Below are positions 56,119-64,000 of a stretch of DNA of 64,000 nucleotides, one piece after another. The position numbers and the translations under genes are program-made. Source of the DNA: an uncultured Isosphaeraceae bacterium. GTDB lineage: Bacteria; Planctomycetota; Phycisphaerae; Phycisphaerales; SM1A02. Location of the stretch: NCBI GenBank assembly GCA_964474235.1, contig CAYYRP010000010.1, forward strand, positions 4,934-68,933, in the 5' to 3' direction. The stretch's first letter is position 1. Each line of letters starts with the position of its first letter. Under the pieces are notes generated by a model. The model saw only the letters and a list, made by a program, of their open reading frames with translations. It searched no databases and had not been told where the DNA came from.

Positions 56119-56661
56119 ATGAGCAACGAACGAATACGAACTTATGAGGGCATGTTCCTCTTTCCACAATCCGCGACTGCTAACTTGCAAGAAGCTGCAG
56201 ACCACATCAAGGGGATTCTTGATCGATGCGGTGCAACGATCGTTAGTTTCCAAAAGTGGGACGACCGCCGGCTCGCTTACGAAGTACAGGGCAACAAACG
56301 AGGTGTCTACTTCTTGGCATATTTCACAGCGCCAACAACAGCACTTGCTGAAATTGAACGCCGATGCAATCTTTCAGAAGAACTTCTCAGAACAATGGTG
56401 ACTTCGGCTGAACATATTCCATCTGAAATTATCGAAGCGAATGAAGGGCAAGAAGATCTTGCTGCTGAAATTCAACTTCGAAGTGAGAAAAAGAGCGATA
56501 GTGGTTCAAAATCAGCAAGCAAAATATCTAAAAAAAGCGATGAGAAAGCAGCAAAAGCAGAGGCCGCTAAAACTGAAGAGGTTGCCAAAATTGTAGAAGA
56601 AGCACCTGAAGACTCAAAAGAGGCTCCTGAAACTACTGAAGAGGTATCAACAGAAGCATAA
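56119..56661 (+). CDS. rpsF: 30S ribosomal protein S6 with a Lys/Glu/Ala-rich C-terminal extension
   Basis: YEGMFLF...WDDRRLAYEVQGNKRGVYFLAYF. It sits in the rpsF-ssb-rplI context. Confidence 0.9.
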   Translation: MSNERIRTYEGMFLFPQSATANLQEAADHIKGILDRCGATIVSFQKWDDRRLAYEVQGNKRGVYFLAYFTAPTTALAEIERRCNLSEELLRTMVTSAEHIPSEIIEANEGQEDLAAEIQLRSEKKSDSGSKSASKISKKSDEKAAKAEAAKTEEVAKIVEEAPEDSKEAPETTEEVSTEA

Positions 56662-56678
56662 TGCCTTTTGGCGTACTT

Positions 56679-56708
56679 TTGAGATATCACAATTTCTTAT
56701 GGTAGAAT
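56679..56708 (+). promoter_or_regulatory. candidate sigma70 promoter for ssb
   Basis: TTGAGA (56679..56684), an 18-nt spacer, then TGG-TAGAAT (-10 at 56703..56708 with an extended TG). GGAGA lies 7 nt before the ssb ATG. Confidence 0.4.
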
Positions 56709-56739
56709 GACTACGTTCACAAAATAATGGAGAAACAAA

Positions 56740-57141
56740 ATGCCTAGTTACAACAAAGTTTTACTCATGGGTAACCTCACACGAGACCCGCAACTGAAAC
56801 AGACACCAAACAATTTGTCTGTTGCTGAAATCGGCCTTGCGTGCAACCGCAAGTTTAAAAGCAAAGACGGCGAAATGCGAGAAGAAGTGACATTTGTCGA
56901 CTGCGAAGCATGGGGACGTACCGCCGAAACAATGGCAAAATACCTCAGCAAGGGAAAGCCTGTTTTCGTCGAAGGCCGCCTCAAATTAGACCAGTGGCAG
57001 GATAAAGAAGGAAACAACCGATCAAAACTTCGTGTTGTGATCGAAAGTTTCCAATTCATTGACAGTCGTGGTGGTCAGTCATCGACACCACCACAGGCGG
57101 CAGCGACAACAGCGCCCCCATCAGACGACGTCCCTTTCTAA
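56740..57141 (+). CDS. ssb: single-stranded DNA-binding protein
   Basis: MPSYNKVLLMGNLTRDPQLK... forms an OB fold. A Gly/Pro/Gln-rich linker follows, and the acidic tip is DDVPF. Confidence 0.95.
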   Translation: MPSYNKVLLMGNLTRDPQLKQTPNNLSVAEIGLACNRKFKSKDGEMREEVTFVDCEAWGRTAETMAKYLSKGKPVFVEGRLKLDQWQDKEGNNRSKLRVVIESFQFIDSRGGQSSTPPQAAATTAPPSDDVPF

Positions 57142-57230
57142 TATAATAATACCCCGCGGTCCGGCAACCGCTCAACAATCTGGCTGAGGTCGTGCCGGCG
57201 ACTTCTAACTTTCCTTGAAAGGACACCATT

Positions 57231-57836
57231 ATGGCTAGTGCTCGAAGAATCGAACTCCTGCTCAACAGCAATGTAGAAAACCTCGGAATAGTGGGCGACG
57301 TTGTTCGCGTGCGTATGGGTTTTGCTCGTAATTTCCTCATTCCTATGGGGATTGCTGAAATTCCAACACCAGAAAAGATAGAAGCGCTCGCAGCGGAACG
57401 TGAAATTGCGCTTCAAAGGTACGAAGAAAATCAAACGGTGCAAGCTGCATTGATCGAACGTCTCGCAGATGTAGCATTGACACTTACGCGAAGTGCAAAC
57501 GATCAAGGTGGTCTGTATGGTTCCGTTACGCAACGGGATATTTCAGATGCGCTTGCTGAAAATGACTTTGTAGTTCCTACACGTGCGGTTCGATTGCACC
57601 AAGCAATTCGCCGAGTTGGTGAATACAGCGTTACTATTCAGTTCGGCAAAGATCTCCGCACAGATATTGAGATCATCGTGAATCCAGATCGACCACTCGA
57701 AGATCGAGAAGAAATGGAATTTGACGACGAAGGCAACCTCATGATTGTTGAACAATCACCGAGTGCCACAGTTGAAGAAAGCAATCCTGAAACCAAAGAA
57801 GCTCCAGCAGAAGATACTGCCCAAGTCACTTCATAA
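57231..57836 (+). CDS. rplI: 50S ribosomal protein L9 with an acidic C-terminal extension
   Basis: IELLLNSNVENLGIVGDVVRVRMGFARNFLIPMGIA is the L9 N-domain signature. Confidence 0.9.
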   Translation: MASARRIELLLNSNVENLGIVGDVVRVRMGFARNFLIPMGIAEIPTPEKIEALAAEREIALQRYEENQTVQAALIERLADVALTLTRSANDQGGLYGSVTQRDISDALAENDFVVPTRAVRLHQAIRRVGEYSVTIQFGKDLRTDIEIIVNPDRPLEDREEMEFDDEGNLMIVEQSPSATVEESNPETKEAPAEDTAQVTS

Positions 57837-57857
57837 GAATTGTGAACAGACAAACTA

Positions 57858-57887
57858 CAACGGGCTCGCCTTGCGGCGAGCCCGTTG
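57858..57887. terminator. bidirectional rho-independent terminator between rplI and the convergent TSCPD gene
   Basis: Perfect 13-bp stem caacgggctcgcc-ttgc-ggcgagcccgttg. T-rich flanks follow on both strands. Confidence 0.7.
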
Positions 57888-57913
57888 TTAATTTCGGGGA
57901 GGGATCGGCGGCG

Positions 57914-58312
57914 CTAGGCGGCTGATGCCTCACGAGATAAGCAGTTAAATTCCATATCTAAATACTGCGCGACGTAATCCAAAATACTCGTCGCTTGTGG
58001 AATGGATGGGTTTGAAGTAATACCAAGAGGATCAAAACGCATGTTTCTAAAGCGTTCGACAGCATCAGTTAAAGGAAGCCCATATTGAATTGCAAGAGAA
58101 AACGCTCTACAAAATCCTTGGATCAATCCTGAAAGCGTAGAACCTTCCTTGCTCATTTTGATAAAGATTTCACCAGGCGTTCCATCATCAAAAAGCCCTA
58201 TTGTGAGATACCCTTCGTGGCCATTGATCGAAAATTTATGCGTCACAGACTCATGGGTCGGCGGAAGTGCTCTTCGAGGACTTTTTTTTCGATTGTCGAT
58301 CGTAGCAGACAT
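57914..58312 (-). CDS. stand-alone TSCPD-like domain protein (homologous to the C-terminal segment of class II ribonucleotide reductase)
   Basis: GYLTIGLFDDGTPGEIFIKMSKEGSTLSGLIQGFCRAFSLAIQYGLPL...FDPLGITSNPSIPQATSILDYVAQYL. The start is moved to the ATG at 58312 because the ORF-track extension reads through a REP. Confidence 0.6.
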   Translation of the reverse strand: MSATIDNRKKSPRRALPPTHESVTHKFSINGHEGYLTIGLFDDGTPGEIFIKMSKEGSTLSGLIQGFCRAFSLAIQYGLPLTDAVERFRNMRFDPLGITSNPSIPQATSILDYVAQYLDMEFNCLSREASAA

Positions 58313-58363
58313 TGGGTACCGAAATCTATCGGGCAACAACCTTGTAAGACTTGAAAGACAATA

Positions 58364-58384
58364 AAACAACCCGCGGGATTGTTT
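58364..58384. repeat. REP hairpin copy (variant aaacaacccgcgggattgttt) containing the mfd stop codon
   Basis: Read directly. The minus strand gives CGG TAA ACAATCCCGCGGGTTGTTTTATTG. Confidence 0.8.
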
Positions 58385-61300
58385 ACCGAACCAAGGCATT
58401 TCGAAAAAGGAATAATACGGCTTCTGAGTCAAGAACACCAATTGCAGGTCGAACAAACACAGCGATCGCCCCAGAGGATAGCCGTTGCCCTACTACACGA
58501 ACAGTTGCATCAACGATTTTCAAAGCACGTTTGAGTGCTTCTGGATCACGAGTCCGGACAACTACATCACCCTCTTGGACCATGATTGATTCAATATCCA
58601 ATTTTGTTGCGGCAACTCGAAGTTCGTGATACTGGACGAGTAACTTCGCCACATCTGGCAACGGACCGTACGCACTTTCAAGATCGCCAAGCACGCCCTT
58701 GAGCACTTCGAGTTCACGCGCTTCGGCGAGCCTTCGATACAGCGCAAGCCGTCTTGGTTCTGAAGAAACATATACCTTAGGCAAGCGACCAGTAGCACCA
58801 AGGCCGATCATTGCATCTTTAACAAGAGGCGAAACACCATCTCGCAAATCATGTACAGCTTTGTCTAGCAATTGGCAGTACATATCATATCCAACAGCCG
58901 CAATATGTCCCGACTGTTCTGCACCAAGCAAGTTTCCAGCGCCGCGAATTTCTAAATCGCGAATCGCAATTTGGAAGCCTGCTCCAAGCATTGAAAATTG
59001 TTCAATTGCATGCAAACGTTTTCGTGCAACTTTATTCACCAAACGATCTTTCGGTAGCAAAAGTGTGCAATACGCTCGATGCTTATAACGACCAACCCTT
59101 CCTCGTAACTGATGCAAATCAGAAAGTCCAAAACGATCTGCATTTGCAATAAACATTGTGTTTGCATTTGGAATGTCAATGCCAGACTCAATAATTGTTG
59201 TCGAAACAAACACGTCTGCCTCACCCCGTACAAACTGCGCCATTACGTTTTGCAATTGCCTTGCTGGCATTTGCCCGTGTCCTACTATCACACTCGCCTC
59301 AGGAACCATTGCGCGAATTTCATCTGCAACAGCTTCGATGTCATAGACTCGGTTGTGGACGTAATAAGTTTGACCTTCCCTTGCAAGTTCCCTTCGGATG
59401 CCCCTGGCAATAAGATTTTTATCCCAACCAGTTACTTCGGTCACAACAGCCCTTCGATCAACAGGTGCGGTTTGCAGGGAACTGATGTCTCGAATTCCAA
59501 CCAATGCCATATGCAGGGTTCGGGGAATTGGCGTAGCCGTTAATGTCAATACATCCGCTTCAGCTCGCAGTGAGAGCAATCGCTGTTTATGCTCCACACC
59601 AAAGCGCTGTTCTTCATCAACAACAACGAAACCAAGACGCTTAAACAACACATCTTTACTTAAAATCCTATGTGTCCCAATTAAAATATCTATTTCGCCA
59701 ATTGCAAGACGCTCGAGTATTTCTTTTTGCTCCGCTGGAGTATGAAATCGAGTCATCGATTCAACAACAAATGGATAATCAGCGAGTCTTGATCGAAATG
59801 TTTTTTCATGTTGAATTGCAAGAACTGTCGTTGGCACAAGGACAGCAACTTGTCTCCCAGATTCTACCGCTTTAAATGCACCTCGAATTGCAACTTCTGT
59901 TTTCCCAAAACCAACATCACCGCAAACGAGGCGATCCATTGCTCTAGGAGATTCCATGCCTTTCTTCATCACTGCGATTGCATCAATTTGGTCTTCTGTT
60001 TCATCCCACGGAAAACTTGATTCGAATTCCTGCATCCACGTTGTGTCTTTTGGAAATGCAATTCCTGCAGCACTTTCACGAATCGCCTGCACGCGCATCA
60101 ATTCGCTTGCAAGATTGACTACTGCATGTTTCGCTTTATCTTTTTGACCTGACCACTTAGTTCCGCCCAATGTCGAAAATTCAGGCCGACCCTTAAACGC
60201 ACCAACATATTTCTGAACGAGATGTGCGTGAGTAGAAGGAACATGCATCCACTTTCGGCTTGCAAATTCCAAGGCAAGAAACTCGATGTCGCCCTGCCCA
60301 GCAACTTGCTGCAACCCTGAATATTGCGCAATTCCGTGATCTCGATGGACAACTATATCACCAATTTCAAAATGCGAAATTGCTTGGCGCATTGTCTTTG
60401 GCTTACGAGTTCCACGATGTTTCACTTCATATCGATGAAACACTTCATGTGAGGGAACAAGCGCAAGCGCATCTTGCACGATGAAACCCCTGTGCACAAA
60501 CTGCTCAACAATTTCTAACTGCGAAGCATTTGCCAACGCTTCGCCAGTAGATGTCAATTCTTGCATGCGTTGCGTTTCACCTGAAGTACGGCACGCAAGC
60601 ATCACTTGATGGGTTTGCGAGAGCGTGTGCAGTTCAACGAGTGCTCTCGATCCAGACGTATCAAATTTAGGAATCGCACTAACTGGCAAGACTACATCTA
60701 CTGCAACAGCTGGCGAAGCACAAAAACCAACCATGCCGTAAAGTTTTTTTGACAAATTTGATTGGAGATCGTTGTAATGCGCAATTTCTGAAGTGTCTTC
60801 GGCTCTGTCAATGTAACTCTTCGCTTGCCTACCAACTTCTTCAACATCATCGAGCATTGAGATCCAATCCGAGGAGAGGTGATCGATGATCGTCGCACTG
60901 CATGAACCTCTTGTAGTAGCAGTCAATACAACCTCTTCAATCACTCTGTCAGAACCAAGTGAGACAGGATCCACTTCGTGGATCGTATCAATCGTGTCAC
61001 CAAAAAAATCAAGCCGTACAAACTCTCCTGATGCTGTCGCGATATCAACGATTCCACCACGATGAACGAATTGGCCAGATTCTTCAAGCGTTTTTCTTCG
61101 CTCATATCCCGCATCAATAAGCCATTCTTGAAATGTTGAAAGCTCGCAAGTAATTCCCCGCTTCAACAACCTGACCTTGCTTTGAATAGTAGTACTTCTT
61201 GGAGTCATCTGCATCACAGAAGTAATCGGAGCAACAACCACACCTTCAAACGCACCGTTGTTCAATCGTTCCAACAACGACAGCCTTGCAGCAACAAGTT

Positions 61301-61550
61301 CGGTAGCTTCTTCAAATTCAAGTGCCGGAAACAAAACCACAGGTGTTTCCAATCCCCTTAAAGTAGCGCACGCTTCATCTGCGTCTTCACCATGGGCAGT
61401 AATCAATAAAACGTTGCGTTTCTTTGAAGCAATTGAAGCCAATACAACATGCGACGAACCGTGGACAGGACCTGCAGTCATGTTGCCACCACTTGCTATT
61501 TTTTTTGCAAAAGGTTCTAATGAAGTAAAAATGTCACAAGTTGTATTCAC
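58383..61550 (-). CDS. mfd: transcription-repair coupling factor
   Basis: 1055 aa with a UvrB-homology N-terminus, a CarD-like RID (GDIVVHRDHGIAQY), SF2 helicase motifs (VCGDVGFGKTEVA, VVDEEQRFGV, LTATPIPRTL, QLRGRVGR) and a TRCF C-terminal domain. Confidence 0.95.
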   Translation of the reverse strand: MNTTCDIFTSLEPFAKKIASGGNMTAGPVHGSSHVVLASIASKKRNVLLITAHGEDADEACATLRGLETPVVLFPALEFEEATELVAARLSLLERLNNGAFEGVVVAPITSVMQMTPRSTTIQSKVRLLKRGITCELSTFQEWLIDAGYERRKTLEESGQFVHRGGIVDIATASGEFVRLDFFGDTIDTIHEVDPVSLGSDRVIEEVVLTATTRGSCSATIIDHLSSDWISMLDDVEEVGRQAKSYIDRAEDTSEIAHYNDLQSNLSKKLYGMVGFCASPAVAVDVVLPVSAIPKFDTSGSRALVELHTLSQTHQVMLACRTSGETQRMQELTSTGEALANASQLEIVEQFVHRGFIVQDALALVPSHEVFHRYEVKHRGTRKPKTMRQAISHFEIGDIVVHRDHGIAQYSGLQQVAGQGDIEFLALEFASRKWMHVPSTHAHLVQKYVGAFKGRPEFSTLGGTKWSGQKDKAKHAVVNLASELMRVQAIRESAAGIAFPKDTTWMQEFESSFPWDETEDQIDAIAVMKKGMESPRAMDRLVCGDVGFGKTEVAIRGAFKAVESGRQVAVLVPTTVLAIQHEKTFRSRLADYPFVVESMTRFHTPAEQKEILERLAIGEIDILIGTHRILSKDVLFKRLGFVVVDEEQRFGVEHKQRLLSLRAEADVLTLTATPIPRTLHMALVGIRDISSLQTAPVDRRAVVTEVTGWDKNLIARGIRRELAREGQTYYVHNRVYDIEAVADEIRAMVPEASVIVGHGQMPARQLQNVMAQFVRGEADVFVSTTIIESGIDIPNANTMFIANADRFGLSDLHQLRGRVGRYKHRAYCTLLLPKDRLVNKVARKRLHAIEQFSMLGAGFQIAIRDLEIRGAGNLLGAEQSGHIAAVGYDMYCQLLDKAVHDLRDGVSPLVKDAMIGLGATGRLPKVYVSSEPRRLALYRRLAEARELEVLKGVLGDLESAYGPLPDVAKLLVQYHELRVAATKLDIESIMVQEGDVVVRTRDPEALKRALKIVDATVRVVGQRLSSGAIAVFVRPAIGVLDSEAVLFLFRNALVR

Positions 61551-62017
61551 TTGACATCCTCGCTAGATGCAACAGTTCTTCTGCATCTCGCTACTTTTAT
61601 TGGACCAATGCCATGCACTTGTAACAAATCTTCTGGACTCTTCAACCTGTGCGTTTCACGATAGAGAATAATTCTTTCGGCAAGCGAAGAACCGATTCCC
61701 TCAAGCAACATGAGTTCATCTTTTGGTGCGTGCTGAATGTCGACTCTCCATGGAGCATGCAATTCATTTGGCGCTGTTGGGATGCGCTCGAAAACGATCA
61801 TCCACAATGACGCAAATAAAATCAACGTAAAAAGGAATCGAGAACCAATCAGACCTACGCTTCTTCCTTCGGTGGAAGTTGTCTCTCGCCAAGTGGTTGA
61901 CGAAGTTTTCTGCGCATACCGACCAAACGGCTTAAGAGTTGCCTCGGTTTCCCTTGTTTGGAAACCATTGCTGCCGCCTTCAGTTGTGGGTTGTCGTGAT
62001 CGAAAAGATCTGTCCAT
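61547..62017 (-). CDS. ComEA-like helix-hairpin-helix DNA-binding protein
   Basis: TM segment LFTLILFASLWMIVF, then LMLLEGIGSSLAERIILYRETHRLKSPEDLLQVHGIGPIKV (HhH x2). The N-terminal 50 or so codons overlap the upstream gene, so the start is uncertain. ATGA overlap with mfd. Confidence 0.6.
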   Translation of the reverse strand: MDRSFRSRQPTTEGGSNGFQTRETEATLKPFGRYAQKTSSTTWRETTSTEGRSVGLIGSRFLFTLILFASLWMIVFERIPTAPNELHAPWRVDIQHAPKDELMLLEGIGSSLAERIILYRETHRLKSPEDLLQVHGIGPIKVARCRRTVASSEDVK

Positions 62018-63381
62018 ATCACCGACTCTACAAAAGGTTTACTTAAAGCAATGAAAAACATATAGTTCGCCCACTGCTGTTGACTATCTTCAGTCCAAGG
62101 CAATTTCCACCAACCACCTCGTTCGTCTATTATCTCACATGGAACACCCAAACTCGAAATAATAAGCGGTATTTCGAAAAAAACGAATCGGTCTAGCAAA
62201 GAACTATAGTTCATGAGGTCCCTTGTGGCCCTCCCACCGCCTGTACCACCGAGCACTTGCACGCCCAATGCGTCTAAATTGATCCCTTCTTGCTGCAAGC
62301 GGCTCCAGAAAACTTTTACGCTCGCAGCATCAGAGTCAGTTGCTACAAACTCTGAAAAAGGTTCCGAAAATTCAATCATCACCCGCGCATCTCTTCGTGC
62401 TTGTCGAACGACTAGCACTGCTGTGCGTACGAGGTCGACCATACTTGAAACTGAAAGACGGACGTGTGCATTTGTATTAATTCCCGAAGTTACATTCCAA
62501 AAAGAAATCGCACCGCCATACCGCCGAATGACTCGTTCGACAAAGTCATAACAACGATCCTTGAATTCTGAATAATCATGTTCCCATGCACGAACCCATT
62601 GTGGTATTGCATCTTTCTGTGAAAAATCTAGAAGTGGACCGGCAATGATATTTTTGCCTTTGTTATGCGCCCATTTCACCCATTGATCTGTGGCTTCCCA
62701 ATTGAACTTCCCTTGCTCTGGTTCAATTTCATTCCAAGGAATAGGAATTGATACGAGATCCATATCTTTTTCAATTAAATCGCGTAATGGTTTATCAAAT
62801 CGTGAACCATTCACTCGAACGCCAAGTGTTGATGACGATGCGCACTTGGTTGTGTACCGCCGATGCAGAAGTAAAACCGCGTGTGCTAGTGCAAGATGTT
62901 CCGTTGCATCAATTGCATAACGAAGCGCTTTGCGGGCAAGTTCCAACACTTCATTCTCATCAAGAGAGACCAGCGCGGTAGTAAACATTTGTCTAGCCTT
63001 TTCCCACTTGACTGTCGCAGCATGGTCTTCGCTGAGATGAAACATGCTCCACTCTTCACTCTTGTCGAGAAAAAGTTTTATTCGATACCGAGCAAGTTCA
63101 AGTGCAAGAATATAGGGTTCGTCGCGGCTCGGCAAAATTGGTGTTTGAAGCATCAACCGACCCGCCTTGCCTGTGTCATAGAGCAGACAAATAGCGAAAT
63201 TCGTTTGTCCATGGGCGTTTGCCTGAATCACACCATCTTTGACCTCAATTTTGCCGGGCACAATTTGGTTGTCCCGCACGATGATATGGGCATTGATTGC
63301 TTGAGAGGCAACGAGATTTGCTGGACTGGTTTTAAATCGTAGCATGTGACTATTTGTATTGTATGCAACCAAAGCTGTCAT
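61855..63381 (-). CDS. TIM-barrel protein distantly resembling glycoside hydrolase family 10; function unknown
   Basis: IPIPWNEIEPEQGKFNWEATDQWVKWAHNKGKNIIAGPLL...RVIRRYGGAISFWNVTSG resembles the GH10 N.MKW..EP..G.F.F..AD pattern. The start is uncertain (63381 or 63345). The ORF-track start at 63453 would overlap purC. Confidence 0.35.
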   Translation of the reverse strand: MTALVAYNTNSHMLRFKTSPANLVASQAINAHIIVRDNQIVPGKIEVKDGVIQANAHGQTNFAICLLYDTGKAGRLMLQTPILPSRDEPYILALELARYRIKLFLDKSEEWSMFHLSEDHAATVKWEKARQMFTTALVSLDENEVLELARKALRYAIDATEHLALAHAVLLLHRRYTTKCASSSTLGVRVNGSRFDKPLRDLIEKDMDLVSIPIPWNEIEPEQGKFNWEATDQWVKWAHNKGKNIIAGPLLDFSQKDAIPQWVRAWEHDYSEFKDRCYDFVERVIRRYGGAISFWNVTSGINTNAHVRLSVSSMVDLVRTAVLVVRQARRDARVMIEFSEPFSEFVATDSDAASVKVFWSRLQQEGINLDALGVQVLGGTGGGRATRDLMNYSSLLDRFVFFEIPLIISSLGVPCEIIDERGGWWKLPWTEDSQQQWANYMFFIALSKPFVESVIWTDLFDHDNPQLKAAAMVSKQGKPRQLLSRLVGMRRKLRQPLGERQLPPKEEA

Positions 63382-63410
63382 GTCTGAGTACAATCCACAG
63401 TATGAATACA

Positions 63411-64000
63411 ATGAAATCTGCCGTCTACAAAACAGACCTTCCATTCCCCTCAAGAAGACAGGGCAAGGTGCGAGATATCTACCAAATCCCTGCCTTGCAT
63501 GGCGAAGCTGGCAAGGTATTGATCATCGCGAGCGACCGAATCAGCGCATTTGATGTCGTGATGCCTACGCCAGTGCCAAGCAAGGGAAAGGAACTCACGA
63601 AGGTCAGTTGCAAATGGTTCGACTTTATCCAAGGATTGAATTTGATTGAAGATCATCTGATTGGGACAGAACCGTGCGATGTGGAAGGGCTTGACGAGTC
63701 GTTCTATCCTGAATGCGAAGGCAGAATGATGCTCGGGCGAGCATGTGAAGTGATTCCCATCGAGTTCGTCGTTCGAGGGTATCTCGCCGGTAGTGGTTGG
63801 AAGGAATATCAGCAAAACAGTACCGTTTGCGGCATCGAGTTACCAGAAGGTTTGCAATTGTCGAGTACATTACCGGAGCCTATTTTTACACCTGCGACCA
63901 AAGCCGAAGAAGGACACGATGAAAATATCGACTTTGACACTGCTTGCGCTGTTGCTGGACGCGAAGTTATGGAGCGGTTGCGCGATGTTTCGCTCAAAAT
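63411..64000 (+). CDS. purC: phosphoribosylaminoimidazole-succinocarboxamide synthase (SAICAR synthetase); 3' end beyond the window
   Basis: Hand translation from the ATG at 63411 gives MKSAVYKTDLPFPSRRQGKVRDIYQIP...VLIIASDRISAFDVVMPTPVPSKGKELTKVSCKWF...IEFVVRGYLAGSGWKEY...PIFTPATKAEEGHDENI. It is not in the ORF track because there is no stop in the window. Confidence 0.9.
   Translation, partial: MKSAVYKTDLPFPSRRQGKVRDIYQIPALHGEAGKVLIIASDRISAFDVVMPTPVPSKGKELTKVSCKWFDFIQGLNLIEDHLIGTEPCDVEGLDESFYPECEGRMMLGRACEVIPIEFVVRGYLAGSGWKEYQQNSTVCGIELPEGLQLSSTLPEPIFTPATKAEEGHDENIDFDTACAVAGREVMERLRDVSLK

Noticed and set aside
1-64000. Search for integrases, phage genes, toxin-antitoxin pairs, restriction-modification or other defence modules
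   Set aside because: None of the ORFs shows recognisable signatures of these. The only mobile-element-type gene is the RAYT.

Overview
Chromosomal window from a moderately AT-rich bacterium. The gene content (many prepilin-type proteins, a dockerin-like WGPC tail, the prs-ctc-pth-rpsF-ssb-rplI arrangement) suggests the PVC superphylum, possibly planctomycete or Phycisphaerae-like, but this lineage call is inference only. Most of the window is housekeeping: kbl-tdh, rlmN, yraN, hemW, purA, uppS, coaB, a di-heme peroxidase, thiS-thiG, a phosphomannomutase, dinG, rsmG, rodA-mrdA, tRNA-Gln, glmU-like, prs, ctc, pth, rpsF, ssb, rplI, mfd, a comEA-like gene and purC. Two things stand out. (1) A roughly 23 kb minus-strand block (14258..37296) encodes a type IV filament / T2SS-like machine. 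It has two PilB/GspE-type ATPases with MshEN-like N-termini, a PilT, a GspF/PilC platform, and five oversized pseudopilins in GspG-G-H-I-J order. These are followed by a 3203-aa GspK-like protein whose middle is an array of about 31 six-cysteine repeats of about 43 aa. A separately transcribed secreted protein next door carries 9 copies of the same repeat plus a dockerin-like tail. I could not assign the repeat to a named family. (2) A 21-nt REP hairpin family (AAACAACCC-GCG-GGGTTGTTT) occurs about 10 times in intergenic positions. It often supplies the TAA stop codon of a gene, and it occurs as 37-nt phased doublets. Two inverted doublets flank an HUH/Y1 REP-associated tyrosine transposase (RAYT). 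No rRNA, CRISPR array, integrase or prophage was seen. Several ORF-track N-termini were shortened where they overlap better-supported genes.
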